Below the pieces are notes generated by a model, which made no database searches, was not told the origin of the DNA, and saw nothing but the letters and a program-made list of their open reading frames with translations. Positions 63,724 through 64,000 of a stretch of 64,000 bases of DNA are shown here, piece after piece. The stretch comes from an uncultured delta proteobacterium. Its GTDB lineage: Bacteria > Desulfobacterota > Binatia > UBA9968. The stretch lies in the NCBI GenBank assembly GCA_963745035.1, contig CAVUVW010000026.1, positions 32,001 to 96,000 of the forward strand, in the 5' to 3' direction. Made by a program: the position numbers and the translations under genes. The number at the start of each line of letters is the position of its first letter. Within the stretch, counting starts at the first letter, position 1.

Positions 63724-64000
63724 ATGTTCGAAGTCGCAGAGGCATATGAAGTAATGATGGGGCGGTGGAGCCGGCAGTTGGCGCCGTTGTTTGTGGCCTT
63801 TGTCGGTGTCCGGGATGGTGAGAGTGTGCTCGACGTAGGATGTGGCACGGGCTCGCTATCAATGACTTTGGCCAGAGTCACTGGAGCTTCGAAGATTGTT
63901 GGTATCGATCCTTCCAGCGGTTTTGTCGAATACGCCCGGACGCAAAATGCCGATCCGCGTGTGACCTTCGAGGTCGGCGACGCGCAGGCCTTGCCTTACT
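63724..64000 (+). CDS. Class I SAM-dependent methyltransferase, 3'-truncated by window edge
   Basis: AYEVMMGRWSRQLA, VLDVGCGTGS, GIDPS, GDAQALPY. Confidence 0.9.
   Translation, partial: MFEVAEAYEVMMGRWSRQLAPLFVAFVGVRDGESVLDVGCGTGSLSMTLARVTGASKIVGIDPSSGFVEYARTQNADPRVTFEVGDAQALPY

Overview
GC-rich bacterial chromosome segment. The gene families resemble Candidatus Binatia-like Deltaproteobacteria (inference only). 1-13.6 kb is housekeeping/catabolic DNA: TPP enzyme, two heme-oxygenase-like (TenA/PqqC/CADD) proteins, CoA transferase, MaoC, LLM oxidoreductase, Mo-hydroxylase large subunit, amidohydrolase, Gfo/Idh/MocA, VOC and an ABC substrate-binding protein. It hides two genes the ORF track misses or splits, both with in-frame TGA codons followed by SECIS-like hairpins: a DUF411 protein (PT-U-GCC) and a 73-aa protein with a UxxxU motif. 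tRNA-Lys(TTT) and tRNA-Glu(TTC) follow. The tRNA-Glu 3' end recurs at 28184 and 45530, delimiting a tandem array of integrated elements. Elements 1 (~14.4 kb) and 2 (~17.3 kb) look like related phage-satellite-like islands: integrase, primase/helicase plus iteron origin, TerS-like gene, Zn-finger gene, TerL, and no portal, major capsid or tail genes. Element 2 adds a Bbp16-like cement protein, a podovirus-type scaffold, and a TerL whose nuclease domain appears circularly permuted and is interrupted by an IS1111-type IS110. After 45.5 kb lies a decayed mosaic island with integron cassettes lacking an integrase, recurring recombination-site-like repeats, gene fragments and an IS5-like element. 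Many genes carry single frameshifts, probably assembly indels, so pseudogene calls and some ends are approximate.
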